The notes below the pieces were generated by a model. The model ran no database searches, had not been told where the DNA came from, and saw only the letters and a program-made list of their open reading frames with translations. The position numbers and the translations under genes are program-made. From Phoronis australis (taxonomy: Eukaryota; Animalia; Phoronida), in contig NMRA01000531.1 in assembly GCA_002633005.1 (NCBI GenBank), positions 2,437 to 66,436 on the forward strand: a DNA stretch of 64,000 nt, given 5' to 3'. Within the stretch, counting starts at the first letter, position 1. Every line of letters begins with the position of its first letter. Below, piece by piece: positions 48,919 through 62,532 of this stretch.

Positions 48919-49922
48919 CTGTTGGAACAAGGCAAAGTCGCCTTCAGACAAAATGTGTGGGAAAAGTTTACGGGAGATAAAGTGAAGCATAATTAATATG
49001 ATAAAGGAGTATGAGAGAAAACATAAAACCAAATCAAAAAGTATTTAATGACAAGCCTCATGTGAGTGAAACTGGCACTTTGTCATCAAAGGTAAGTAAA
49101 CACTAGTATGGTCAACGTAGTTATTACTAGCCCAAGATCGCAAACTCAAGTAAAAACTTGAGATTTCTAGTAAAGAACCGAGAATTTGAGTTCAGACTAG
49201 TTTTACACCTGGTGTCATCAAGTGCACAAACTAGGATTAGACAGTCACCCATAATGTATTCATTAGGTACCATTCTGGAGTGTAAGAATCAAGAAATTTC
49301 ATGATCTAATCTAGAATTACGTTCGATTAAACTTGTCAAGCACACCGTTTGTGTTGGTACACAATACTGTGGTTAAGATGGTCAGAGCTTGGTGTCACAC
49401 AAAGGAATCAACAGGCGAAAAGTTAAGTCTAATTTCTCTAAAAGTCGACCGTTTTTCTCCATTCGAAGTTTTGTGGTAAGAGTATTTCATACAAAACACA
49501 TCAGCTTCACGACATTCGTTGAAAGTGGTCTCCAAATAGTTATTTTTTAAATATCGATTAGCATCAGGCACGTGAACATTGGCTTGCTACTATCAAACTG
49601 ATAAGGACATGGCTGTATCCCAACTGGCCGACCAGTCAATCAGGATACTCATTGCACAGCGTGGGTTCATAACGTTCAAGCACAGATTTACGCACACTTG
49701 ATTTGAGTTTGTGCTAAAGTACATTAACAGATGAATGTTGAAAAATGTCTAATTCGATTTAGAATACAAAGATAAGAGCTTGGGCCCAGAACTATTTTTG
49801 ATGACAGACATTTTGATGACAAGGACATTTTTTAACCAGTTTGTTCAAATAACCACAGTCTAATTCATGAACCTCAGGTTAACACCAAAGGAAATGTCCT
49901 TTTTACGAGTCATACTGAGTAC

Positions 49923-50083
49923 CTGAGAAGAAGAAACTGTCCTGGGGGTATTAGGCTAATCTGAAGTCCTTCCTTGAGGAGGGCTAGGAGCGATGGCCAG
50001 GAACAGACCAGCTGGTTAGGTGGACAGTGGTCAACAAAGGTGTAGAAAAACTGCAGCATGCTCACTTCAAGAGGGGCCCGTTT
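49923..50083 (-). CDS. DOP1: Dopey/DOP1 coding exon
   Basis: CAG acceptor and GTACTC donor. Reads KRAPLEVSMLQFFYTFVDHCPPNQLVCSWPSLLALLKEGLQISLIPPGQFLLL. Confidence 0.95.
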
Positions 50084-50475
50084 CTGTAAACGATAATTGG
50101 AAAATTACCTGACGTGTGCATTCCCAAATATCATAAGCAACTCATCCCGTTTTACGGCACTTTGTACTTGGTCAATAAACTTGTACAAGAGCAACTGGTG
50201 TCACCAACAGTCGTAAGCACCAGCAGTGAATTTTAAAGTTCCTTTTGCAAGAAGCAGTGCAATAAATACCATCATAATGATGACTTTAAAGCAATAAAAC
50301 CATAAAGGTTTCCCAGAAACCTCAATGCAAATCAAAACGGTGACAATCAACAAAGAGGTCTATTACTGCAGTATTTTACTGACAAAATTGAGTAATCGAA
50401 AATTCTAATTTTCAAAAATCAGGACACGGTCAAACACAGAGTGAATTGATACCTTCGGAACGAATAGAATGCCGT

Positions 50476-50787
50476 AACTTCAGTTGTAGTTGGGCAATTT
50501 TGGCAATTCAAAAACTAAACATGACCAGCATTTGACGAGAAATACAGAAATGCCATTGGTTTATGTTCAAATATGTTATAATTTAACTTTTATTTTTAAC
50601 AGCACAGCACAGTCAGGCATGATACGATCTCATTGAAGATTAGAGCAATAGTCGGACAAAAGAGATCTGGCCCACTAACCATAAATGCCAGAAAGGAGTT
50701 AATCAGTCATGTAAGATATTGGCTACAGGGGTCAACTTCCCAACTTGTTGTTGGGCTATAGAATTGAACAAGTTGGGATCAACAGGA
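50476..50787. repeat. Dispersed ~310-bp repeat, copy 2 (partner 42582-42895)
   Basis: Colinear, same-orientation match to copy 1. Confidence 0.9.
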
Positions 50788-51768
50788 AAACGCCGAAATG
50801 AAAAGATTACACACAAGATCTTGGGAAATTTTCAAAGAAAGTTATATCAATAAACATCGACAAATCCTGTAAATTCAGATTTTCTGTAGGAAGTACTGCT
50901 AATTTCATTCTTGGTGTGAGAGTGGGAGGACTTGCCACTATGAACTCAAGGAGACTCCCAGATTATGCGGAAGAGATGGCATTTTAAGTCAAACACGATA
51001 GTGAATACATGCAATTACCACTGGATCTTTTACCCTGGACTGGGAAAAGAAGACGACTAGCAGCAAAGCATGACTCAAGATAAAACTCCACATCTGAATG
51101 ATTAATGAAACTACAGCAATACTATATACACTTTCATCATGCCTGCATCAAAGCTAACATTTCAGGCACACTGAGCTGGAGGAAATAAAACAATTTTCTT
51201 ATTAACCACCACCATAAGGCCTTCCTAACTGTGATTGCTTAAACATGGCCAACAGACAGTGATTTTGGTAATCCCAGGAAATAACCACCAGTTAAAAGGC
51301 CCAATTGTCTATAATGACAACTGAGGGATTTACAACTGTCCCAGCTCAGGACTCAAATGAAAAATTTGACTATCTTTGGGTGATAAACTAATCTTACACA
51401 AGCTTGGTCTTACATCCACAAATGTCATCACCAGGGGGTTACATCGAGGTCACTGAATACTAGACTGACAACGAGAAGCAATGATAGCCTCATGTGTTTC
51501 ATACTAAGGTGGACAGATACGTTTAGCATGGTCTCCCTTAACCCTGCAGGCGACTGTGTTAAGTGTCTGAAATACATTCGAGAGGGAAAAATCTATAGAT
51601 AAAATGTTGGATACACATAATTTAGAGCCAAATAGTCATGTTTCACATCAATAAAACGTAAACAAAACAAACAAACAAAACATTTCTAACATACATAAGG
51701 AGAAAACTCACAACCCAACCATGGATAATTTAAAAAAATAAACCTAACGACCATCCACAAAGCATTAC

Positions 51769-51909
51769 CGAAGACTTCTCTAATGTTGTCGGAGGAGGTT
51801 GTCTGATCACGTGTTTTACAGTTTGTATCAGCGAGTCGGTTGGTAACACTTTGATTGAGCTCACCAGGTCAACCAATAGGAGTTGATCATCGTTAGCAAC
51901 ACAGGCTGA
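51769..51909 (-). CDS. DOP1: Dopey/DOP1 coding exon
   Basis: CAG acceptor and GTAATG donor. Reads SACVANDDQLLLVDLVSSIKVLPTDSLIQTVKHVIRQPPPTTLEKSS. 141 nt, phase 0/0. Confidence 0.95.
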
Positions 51910-53057
51910 CTGGAAAAAATCAAAGCAATCGCTCAAGGATTGAAGGAATTGATTACATGTGTCTCAAATTACCTAAACTGTTTACTTTTCCTACTAGAAT
52001 TTTCTGTATATAAGCCCATGGGTGTGTATTTGGAACATGAAAATTTTCAGGCGTATTAATAACGCCTGGGCATTTATTTGTGGGCGTGTAAACAGAAAGT
52101 CAGTTTTGTCTACGCAAATGGCAGCACGAAGTGCAATATGTGAAACAGCTCTTCTAGGTCTGCCAACACTTTGTTCGTTTTTATAAGTGATAAATGCTCC
52201 ACAAAACTGAATTTGTGACAAAAAGTCGACTCTGAGTGTGCCTTTAAGAGAAAATTTTCTGAATAAATGCCCCACTATCTGGGCACTTGACACCAGAAGT
52301 TGTAACACCAAATAAACACCCATGGGCATTTCATCGGGTGGGATTATCTATGGAAAATCCCAGTATGAGTGAAATGACAATGTTTTCTACAAGTAATTTC
52401 TCAATTAGTACTTTCCTAAGTCAGCCCTTACATTCTCTCATTAAGCGGCCATGTCAAACAAAAAAGATAGCGATAAAAGTTCTAATATCTTTCAATTTAA
52501 TGTCAAGCGTGACCATTATTTTTGCTCAGTGAAAAGGAACTTGACAGTTTCACGAAACATAACACTTCAGGAATGTTGTATGTACAGTTAATTATGGCCA
52601 AGAAATATCACAAGATCAGCAGCTCAATGCCTATGTCCAAAAAAGAAGGAAAATAACATTTGACTTAAACCACAGAAAGCTAAACAGATCTCAACTTTTT
52701 CCTAACAGATGAGAAGTGACTTATTTCTGGGCTTGGAAAAAACAGTTCACTACAGCTTGAGATCATGATTGGTGAATAAAATGACCCACATTGACCATTA
52801 ACCCAACTTGTAGAGTCTAGTCTCAATCAATAATTAACTGCCAGGTCTTTCCAAGGCCAGAAACAACCTCTAACTTAAGGAACGATTTGAGATCAATTTG
52901 CTAATGATGGAAGTTAGGTTCATAACAAGGCTTCTCAAACCACTGGTAATAAGAAACACTTGTAGATAACCTAACTTGTAGTTAACACCAAGTTTGCCTC
53001 AGTACCATTTATACAATAACCTAACTTCACCAATTCTGCCTGCTGCACCCGACCTAC

Positions 53058-53180
53058 CTTCTTATTTCCACTTGGTCTCCTTGATCGTTCACTCCAGACA
53101 ACAGCTACTGCACCCATTAGGCTGACGCTGTGGTGACGGGACAAAGGGCTGAGAAATTCAAGGACAAATTGCCGCACAGT
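53058..53180 (-). CDS. DOP1: Dopey/DOP1 coding exon
   Basis: CAG acceptor and GTAGGT donor. Reads TVRQFVLEFLSPLSRHHSVSLMGAVAVVWSERSRRPSGNKK. 123 nt. Confidence 0.95.
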
Positions 53181-53800
53181 CTGTGGATGGCAAAGAAGGA
53201 AGCATGATAACATATTATATTGCGTATTTCTAGTTGGGAACAATTTAATATTAAGATTATTAAATCATCAATTGCATGATTCTAAAATGCTACACTGTAA
53301 AAGAAAGTACAAACCAATGTCATTTCATCATATCCGATGTCATTCAATCTCCAAATGCTCAAACAGAATATGTGCACACGAGAATATTAAATAATCAGCG
53401 AACAGATGGCCTTGACATAATGGCATGCTTTGCAAGAATCCTATGAATTGTGCTATTATTCCCAAAATCTTGTCATAGCACGAACTGGACTGGGCATCAT
53501 TGCATGAGTGATATCATTTTCCAGAAAAACATTTATCGTTAGTAAAAATTTTCATTCATGAGCACAGGAAGAAAGCCCAAATAGTCTCAAACAGATACGC
53601 ATTGGTTACCAACAATCTTTTGTTAAAATGGGACAGTTGTGATCACCCCAACATAAAGTTTTAAGTAAGTAGATCTGGTTGAAATATTCATATTAGTCAA
53701 GCCTGGGTGAATTATAATCTTCATCAGTTAATATGGTACGCTTGTTGAAATAATTTAACTTTAGGGTCCAGCAAACATTTACAAGGGAGCACAAACCTAC

Positions 53801-53965
53801 CTTTATATCTCCCATAAACCACTCTTTACTCTGGTCAGTTTTTTGTGATGCTTTCCAAATTGCTGACAAACTGAGTAAGATTCTAGGTAGCGTACTCAGA
53901 ATGCCACGACGAGCTTCAATGATGGGAGAGATATAACCAGGGATGTCTCTGACAGGGCTTGCTTC
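53801..53965 (-). CDS. DOP1: Dopey/DOP1 coding exon
   Basis: TAG acceptor and GTAGGT donor. Reads EASPVRDIPGYISPIIEARRGILSTLPRILLSLSAIWKASQKTDQSKEWFMGDIK (cf. EARSGILSILH). 165 nt. Confidence 0.93.
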
Positions 53966-54257
53966 CTATGGGATAAAGACACTAAGCTACAAAGCTATCT
54001 ACGACATGGCAAGGTTTTCTACAATTACACCAGTGCCATATTGAACTTGTACATTGTATGTGGAGATCCCTAAAGAAGTGCAAAAGTAATTTGCAGTTAG
54101 CAAGTCCAAGTCATTCGGATGCCATTTAAAGTTATGATTTTAGTTTAGATCATTAAATTAAAATAGTTCACCAATAAAAAAAGCGAAGTCCCAATCGCGC
54201 TAATTTTCGAACCACATAAACTTTGTAAAGGCCATTTTACCAAAATTCTAAATTTAA

Positions 54258-57200
54258 GTACTAGTCCACGAGAGCACCAACCATGAGCGGCAAGGTGGGG
54301 GTCAGCCGATTTTCACCAAATTTGGCACATATGTAGTCCTATGGGATCTATAAACAGCGGTAAAATATTTCCTCAAAATATTGCGTTTTTCTAAAGTTAT
54401 AGGCTCAAACACATTTTACGGCTTCGCAGCCATGTTTTCACGGTATAAAAACTGTCCAGTTTTAACTGTTCATATTTTTCCTTGAATGAAAGCTATTGAT
54501 TTATTATTCACTTGGCATTGTTTAGTGGTGCCTGTAGATTGTTACACAGATGTCTTGAAACACGATTCCGATTTACCACCCTCATTTAGTAGTTTTACTA
54601 CACTGCCCCCCGTTATGCCATTTTGAGGTTGTGTTCAGTACACTGCTGTACCAAATCTGCCCCCACTGTTATGAGAATGAAACTTAGCCAAAATGTTGAC
54701 AAAACATGTTACTTTCATTTCATAAAATAAAAACTTTGTCAGCCAGTTTATTAGTTATATATTTTGGCACCTCAAATGTACTAAAATGAGAAATTTTCAT
54801 ATATCTGAGATCGATGCGTGAGCACCGTAAAATCCGATCGTCCTTCATGTTTTTCGATATTTTGCAACAAGTTAGTTCCTCCTGAATGTTTTGAACGTTT
54901 TACTACTGATCACTTAGGGCTATAGTACCCCTAAATACCATACATGGCTCCATTTTGTAAAAAGCCGATTATGTCCTCCACAGTGAACAGGGTTAGACAT
55001 GAACTCGACAAATGTAGGTTATTTTGATTTACAGTTGTTTTACTTTGCAATTTCCTCATGGGTATTTCTTCACACATATTCAAGTCAGATTTTCTGTTGA
55101 TCAAATGTTCATGCAATGCATTGTAATATCAAATGAAGGATAAGTTTGGTTGCATGACCGCAATTTTTCCCACGACTTAAAACAAAAGACCGCAGAAATT
55201 TTCCTGACGAAATACCGGGTTTGCAGTTCTGTAAAAACATTCGAATGACAAGACAAACTCCACCACTGTCCATGGCAACTCGTCGCATGTTTTTCGCCCA
55301 TCGGTCCTATCATTGTTTTCCTTTGTTGTGTCATTGTTGGATGTAACAACACAGGTCGCATGGATATAGAACCTTGCGTACATCAGACCGTTGCCGATAA
55401 GTGCTCGTCATTATATCTTTATTATAACAACGGAAACAATGAAGATGCTAATCTATTGTTCTCTATGCGACCAGGTTTCCCGTGGATGACCACAGAAGAG
55501 GAATCCCAAAGTATCCACAAACAATGACCACGCACCTTAGTAACTATTACCGCGCACACGAATCCTTTCCGTGGAACCTGAACACCAAATTTTTATATCC
55601 GTGTATTGTGTTGTATTGCTCATGGTACGGGTTCAGACTCTGTTGTATTAAGATTCCAATCCCCAACCCTGTAATATGTAGTTTGAGTAAAATTTCTAGA
55701 CAATGCAGGTTTATGGATTTATTCTCCTTCAAATGAAGAGTAAAAATCAAATTCTGCACAGGTTTTTTAAAAGTAATCACTTATTGGAAGATCACACATC
55801 TAAAAAATAAAACAATGTTTGACAATTTTATTCATTATCTTATTTGAAAATTGCCTACCTCACAGACAACTCATCTAAGTTGAAAATATTCCTTGTGAAA
55901 AAATATAAAATACCAACCAGAGACTTGTGTACTACAAAATATGTTTTCGTAATACAATGCAAAGATAACTGTACAGTCAAAAGTGCAAATGTTATGACTC
56001 TAATAAAAAATTGCCTTCTAGATCTTTTCAACACTCTAATTGCTACAGGACAGAGTCAACCACACAAAGCTCATAAAGTCAGGGAATTACATTTAAGGTG
56101 ATGTAGTCTCACTGCGAAAAAGTGATTTCGCAATATCGCTGACAACACTGGAAATCTCTTCTTCACAAACTTGAGGTAGCTGTATTTACCACATCAATGT
56201 TCTTATCAAAACTAACCACCACAAAATGAAAAATTGGCTTGTCGGTTCCAATTAGGCAGCATTTTACAATGAAATGGTCATGAAAAAATACTTTTGCAAC
56301 ATGGTTTGCATTACAATTGCCCTACGATTACAGTTGTACATACATACTAGACCAGTAACAAAATTACCCATGGGAACCATAAAATGGTCAATTCGCCAAA
56401 AAAACAAGGAGCCACCAGAGCTAATGTGCCAATACTTTTCAGTACTGCAACAAAAAATCATTTGAAGTGGACATAAACTCGCCTAAAATCACATAAAACA
56501 ACTTTTGATTTAGATATTTTACCATCACGAAATAGGTATTACTTCCAGGTCACTTTTGAGCAATTTCAGAACTTTGAAAGATCTGGCAATATGCAATTGC
56601 TAGAGACCAGACTAATAGTGTGCGATTTTATACACACAGCATGGTCTCAAGGAATAGCAAACTGTCAATTCGCTACAATTCCAGAAATCACTTCCCATCT
56701 GGATAAGGAACAAACTGAGCAAAGTTTATAGAGGTAAATGGTCTAAATCAAAACTTATTACCTCCTGGACAGAATATGGGTTTACAACCCAGGTAGAAAG
56801 ATAAGTTAACAAAACCAGCCTAACTGCAACAGGGTCTCAAATTTCAGTAATATATACCCATTTACAAACAAAAATCTATAATGGTAAATAAAATGCGGAA
56901 ACATAAATTCAGATCAATTACGCATCTTCAAGGAAAAGGAACAGTACAGTGGTCAGAAATCATCTAAATGTGATGGCCACACTGAGAAATCCTGTCAGAC
57001 CAAAAAATCCAGTGGCTAAACAAAATGAACAATGTACCATTACCATGTGGCCCAGGATCATGATCCGTGCCTGGAGAAAAATTCAGTCTTAGACTAGGTA
57101 AATTTTAGATTTGTGCTGTTCACACAAGCAGTTCTGGTGCAAACAAAGCTTGCGACAACACACAAGCCTACTTCCCTACACAGCTGTGCTGATACAATAA

Positions 57201-59301
57201 TGCCCCCACTGGATTTAGCAGATCAGCCAGAGTATTTACAGGTCCAGCCACTGTACTGTTTCCTCCCTTTGAATTTTTACAATGCTACATCCTTGACAAT
57301 CGCAGATTGCCTCTTTCAATGCATACTCCACTTCCTCTGTCCCAGTTTCCCCACATTTGCTGAGAGTGGCCTATCTCAACAAATTACTTTGGACCTGTTG
57401 TGGTATAAGCCAGTAATCTTTGGCAAATACTTTTTCCCCCGACTCGTTCCTCAAGCTACAAATTCTCTTTGACATATCTTCTGGGAGTAGACTTTACGGC
57501 CTCTCTCTAGCCCCCTCACTTAGTTGTCCAGAAGGGTACCTTCTTGCTGGTTGTGAACTTTTCCATACCCAACCTTTACTAATAATCGGCAAGTCTCCAA
57601 CTTCAGCAGAAGCCACTTCTTCAGCATAAGCCTTTCCTGATTCCTAAAATTGTATTAATGAAAAAATTAAACATATTAAATTTAATGTGGCCATTTCGGC
57701 TCAGAAAATATGAATACCAAGCTAAAGTGAAGGCGCCAATATTTTTGACGGCTTTAGCATGTTTAATTAACTTCATAATCGCAGAAATTCATTGGCAGAC
57801 ATAACATACTCCCTAGTCTCTAAAAGTAGTTCATGGGCAGAAGTCATGTTACACATTTGGTGGTTGTTATGAAAAGTTATGATGACTACCTATTTTCTAT
57901 GCCAATGTATACATGTAGTTGCATAAACATCAACACATTTGAATAAGATATGATTAAGCAATAAGGCCCAAGTTATAAGCAATCACGGTGTGACAATAAA
58001 AGTATTTTTGCATGAATGACGTGCTTCTAAAAATATTCCTCAGGGTCAGACCCTGGAGTTTAGTGATTCCTACCTGAGCTCACACGAAGCAGGACGTTGA
58101 ACCTTGACTTAACGTCTTTGGTCATTTTTCAGACCTCTATCAGGCTCTATCAGATTTCTCCTCTAGTGTGCAGTGGATGTTCTCAGTGTCTTTGGCGACA
58201 GCAATATATCTCGAGTGTTGTAACGATGATTCGGGCAAGTGAATCTAATAAGGTAGATTATGTAGCTCCTGCTCCACACCTGCCTCCGAGGCAGACACTG
58301 AGACAGACTACTTCTCAGGACTCAGGAGGACACGTTCCACCTCCACATCAGCTCCACGTACTCTTATAAGGTGCTCAAATGTCTCGCTCTATACCTTGTG
58401 CATTTCCCAAGAGTTTCCAAAGTTGTTTCTCTCCGCAATTTGTAGAAATACCACATTCGATGCGACTGGCAGTGCCAGATAAATAGATAAATTCGCAAAC
58501 CCGCACTTTAGGTCAGCCATCATTCAACTAACGCATTGTAAGCTTTAGTTTGGTATTCAGACGAGTTGGATGAACAAATTTAGTATAATTTCATATTTTA
58601 GTGGGAAATGCTAGTGTCCTTAAAATTAATTAAAAACATTTAAGCAAACCAATTCTTTTAATTGTTGTATTATACCACGGCATATTAATGCGTAGAAACG
58701 GCGCACAACTAGTGACTGGTTTAACATGACAAATACACATACGCGGTCTGAAAATAGTGAAATTCAGACACCTATTACCAAGCCTGCCTGAAGGGCTGAC
58801 AAAGTTTTTATTGTATTAATTTCAAGGGCATGGAGTCTTCTACATGTCCATGTTATTATTTTTAGTTTTCTCGCGGGGGCAGCTTCGCTATAAGGGTACA
58901 ACTTACTGCTGGTTTTTCACAAGAAGGAAATGTACCTCCACGGAAACAGTTCCAGTGTTACCATGGTAACCGATATTGCAGTGTCGGTGCCGTTTTTACT
59001 GACATTGGTCATGATCCTATCATGTGATATCAAAATTGTTCAGAAACGATTCTGTTTGAAGCAGAAACTGGAGTAGAAAATTTGGTCAAAAATGACTCGT
59101 TCCACACCAAGAAATTGCCTCTTTGCCCCCAAGAACTCTTCCCTTGTATCTCCTAAACCACCAAACTTTGTGGTGTCATACTTCACCCAATTTCTCTCAT
59201 CTCTAATGTGATTTATCAGGCTAAACATGGATCTGAATGGCTGACCCCCCACCTTGCCGCTTGTTGGCTGTACAGTGGTCGGTGGATCCGTGGACTGATA
59301 C
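54258..59301 (-). mobile_element. ~5-kb TTAA-flanked DNA transposon (Sola3-like) within a DOP1 intron
   Basis: TTAA on both sides (54254-54257, 59302-59305). Imperfect TIRs GTA(CT/TC)AGTCCACG...CACC(A/G)ACCA...AGCGGCAAGGTGGGGGTCAGCC. Contains transposase relics. Confidence 0.8.
57371..58520 (-). pseudogene. Internally deleted, frameshifted transposase relic (Sola3-like), two exons
   Basis: Exon 58520-58074 has Cys/His-rich pieces (MADLKCGF, TCPNHR, EHPLH, FNVLLRVSS) and ends at G|GTAGG. The exon from 57643 reads ...KGWVWKSSQPARRY...PEDMSKRICSLRNESGEKVFAKDYWLIPQQVQS, resembling from memory the GWALK...QQIxSxFSR C-terminal block of this transposase group. Confidence 0.6.
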
Positions 59302-61789
59302 TTAAAGCTTCTTTTTGTAACCTAGGGCGGAGGCGTTTACCACTGTTAATGACCGTATAAGATGTTTATGAACCAGATAAGACCATGCTTCATCAAGCCT
59401 CACCAACTCTAGATTAGACCTGGACACATAACCAATAGTCCTTTTGCGAGTTAATAACAATAACGCGAGACTCTGTGAGACTTAATTGTGATGTCACCTG
59501 AAGTAGGGCAAAAGCTTGTCGTTTGGCCATTTGCCAGATACGTTAGCAAAGTGTATTCTGTTCAGTTTACTCCGAGTTTTTAATCTTTTAGTGTAAAAAA
59601 TGCCTAACAAGTATTGCTGTTATGGGAAATGTAATTCAGATTCGCGCTACAATACGTCCCTTCGCGTTCTGTACTAATTTCATCCCATGTATTTTAAACG
59701 GGCGGTTGGCCATGATTAAGAGTTTTTACTTCGTCAAAATACATTATACACTTAAAACTATCACTTAAAAAAGCGCTTACTTTGTTCAATGATCCTTTCT
59801 GCTTCTATATATATCTTTAATGAAACATAACTATGAGAATTAAGGGGACATTGGCGAAGAATTCCAACTCCACTTTTTGTTTACCGTTGACTTTTTCACC
59901 CCACGTGCGATAACCGCAAAGAATATCAACCGAGTCAGGTGAGTATGAGGCAAAGCGCATGACACTTGCAAAATAGCATGGGAAGACACAAAGTAAAATT
60001 TGCACGACTTGTGTCCCTTGGACTTTTTGTTTGCCAACGAGTGTGATTTCACGAAACTTCTTCAAAATGGCACCTGGTGAGAGAAACTTGAGAACCGCGA
60101 GATTTTCATGGATATGTTCAAGTTATTTTTTGACTAAACTGTATCCAGAGTTATGGTATGTGTTGATTATAACTCCATGTGCAGATATGCGTGTTTCATT
60201 TGATTTTATTTGCTGTATTTTGAAATGAGTAGGCCCTAACATTTTATGGGGATATGCTATCGCCCTTGTATGCCTACGGCATTCAGGCCTAGTCCGGGTG
60301 GAGTTCCAATTATAGTCTGTTCACAGTTTCACACAACATTATAAACAAGTTCAAACTTTCTTTGTCCATTCCCAGTTATTCCACGATCCATCTCTCTTAA
60401 GTTGTGTTCACGTTTTAAGCGTGAAATTCTCCATATGAACTCCAGTAAGATTTAGTGTGTGTAGCAAAGACTCGCGGCGAAACAAGGGCAATATGGCGGG
60501 TTTTGCTCTACTTCCAGTGACATCACATTGAATAACTGGAAACTCCCAAGTGAGCTATTGGAACATTAAAGGTTTATGATTTTGCAACACACACTGAACT
60601 TTCTGAGGACTATGGGGTTAAATGAAATGGTTTCATAAGCAGGGACCTGAACAAAAGGTGTCACTCAAGAATTTTAATAATGCATCAGAAACTCAGCTGA
60701 TTTCATGAAACACTGCACTTCATCAATAGTTTTGTCCATGAAAGAGCCATTGTTGTCAAGAAGCCTGTTGATCAGATATGCCCAAGGCCTTTTTGTGTGG
60801 AGTATAAGCCATGGCCTCAGGGCAATATAATACTGTACAGTAGTCATTATTGTTATGTTTGGAGTCCAACCTCTCCATTTTCACATGCAATATATGGTAC
60901 TGTACTAGTTGTGTTCTACCTAACTCAAATTCTAATCATAAGCTAAAAAATTGACATTTCGTGAACTAAAAACAGGCAATTTTTCAAACTGTTTGACTGC
61001 TAGAATTAAATACCAAGTGAAAATTTAGGTTTGGATCATTTTTACCCAAAGCAACACAATAAAAACTGCCAAATAAAGACTCTCTGGTATCCATTTTAGT
61101 TACATTGTGAAATGTGGTAGATTAATAGTCTGTGAGAAGTGATGCTCGACAAAAGACTGCTAGAATGCTTAACAATGGACTACATTGTAAACTGGATTTA
61201 TGGGTAGCCTGGATTGAGAAATCACTCTCCTCTTGAGTTGCCTAAGGAGAGGTTTTTGCAATGTAATGCAGCATCCATGCAGCACCATTTTCCAGTGCTG
61301 CAAAACTAAGCCAGGCTTGACATTAATACACTAAAAAAATATTCAAATTAGAACACATGATGGCAAAACAGTGAAATTTAATTTTATCAAAACAAGATGA
61401 CAGTTTTACTTCCCTGTTTCAAAACTTTACCACTGTCACCAACAAACACATGGTGCAATGTTGGTTAGTTCTGGCATAACAGTAAGCATTGGAATATGGA
61501 AAAAATACAATATTGGTCATGTTTGTTTGAATTTAAGAAAACTTTACCAATTACAGCTTGGAGATCAATTGTTTTGAAGTATGACGTGACAATTGTCTCG
61601 ATGAAAAAACAGACTCCCTATTATTGTTTAATGCCAAGTGCCAAGGTTGAGTCTATCTGAAATACTTGAACAAATATCAATTAATTAAAAGTCTATTTTC
61701 AATTGTAAAAGCCATGCCTGCATTAACATGGAATGTGTTTCAATACCCCTGTATTGAAGGTCCAATGAACACAACTACCAACAACTTAC

Positions 61790-62012
61790 CCGACTTGTGT
61801 TAATGTATGGATTGAAGACATGGATGAGATTACTCAGTATTCTACCAGAGTCAGCGGCTGAAGCCTCAGCATGACCGCTCGCTAGTAAAGACTGCGATGA
61901 CTGACTAATGGCTACCTGGTGGGAGTTCTCGACCAGACAGAAGTGACAGATATTGGTCAATCCCATCAGGACAGTGATCACATGATCAGGTGGAACATTC
62001 TCTGGCATGTGA
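61790..62012 (-). CDS. DOP1: Dopey/DOP1 coding exon (most 5' exon recognisable in the window)
   Basis: TAG acceptor and GTAAGT donor. Reads HMPENVPPDHVITVLMGLTNICHFCLVENSHQ... (cf. PPDMILTLLEGITAIIHYCLLD). Confidence 0.93.
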
Positions 62013-62532
62013 CTACAAATAATTATAACAGAATGTAATTATAACAATGTCCTTATACTCATACTAGGTACTTACATGTTGTGCACTTTGTGGATTTCAA
62101 TGTCACAAACCCTAATTTTTCAATGTCAAACTTATCTGAATAAGGTTACATAATATCTTAGAAAAATGTTTACCTAACTTCTAGAGGATAGGAAGGATAT
62201 GAACCAGAGAGGTTATATATGGATTCCTCACACTAGCTCAGTGGATAATTTGGTCAGGCCATCATCCAAGATTATACATCTTTATATATTACAATAAATT
62301 GGACCTTCAAGTTGGTGCAGTTTGATACGATTATTTAGTAAAAATTCAGAATGCAGTGATATTTACAAAAAAGTATGATAAACCACTCCAAATATCAATC
62401 CCAAATTTGCAGATAAAGGTTTCTCTGATAGATAAAAATGAGCAGACATCTACGATCATGTAGCTTTGAAATGTACTGTAGAAAGCTCATCTCATTGGTT
62501 GCAGTGTAGGACTTTCCATAAAAGTTTAGTAA

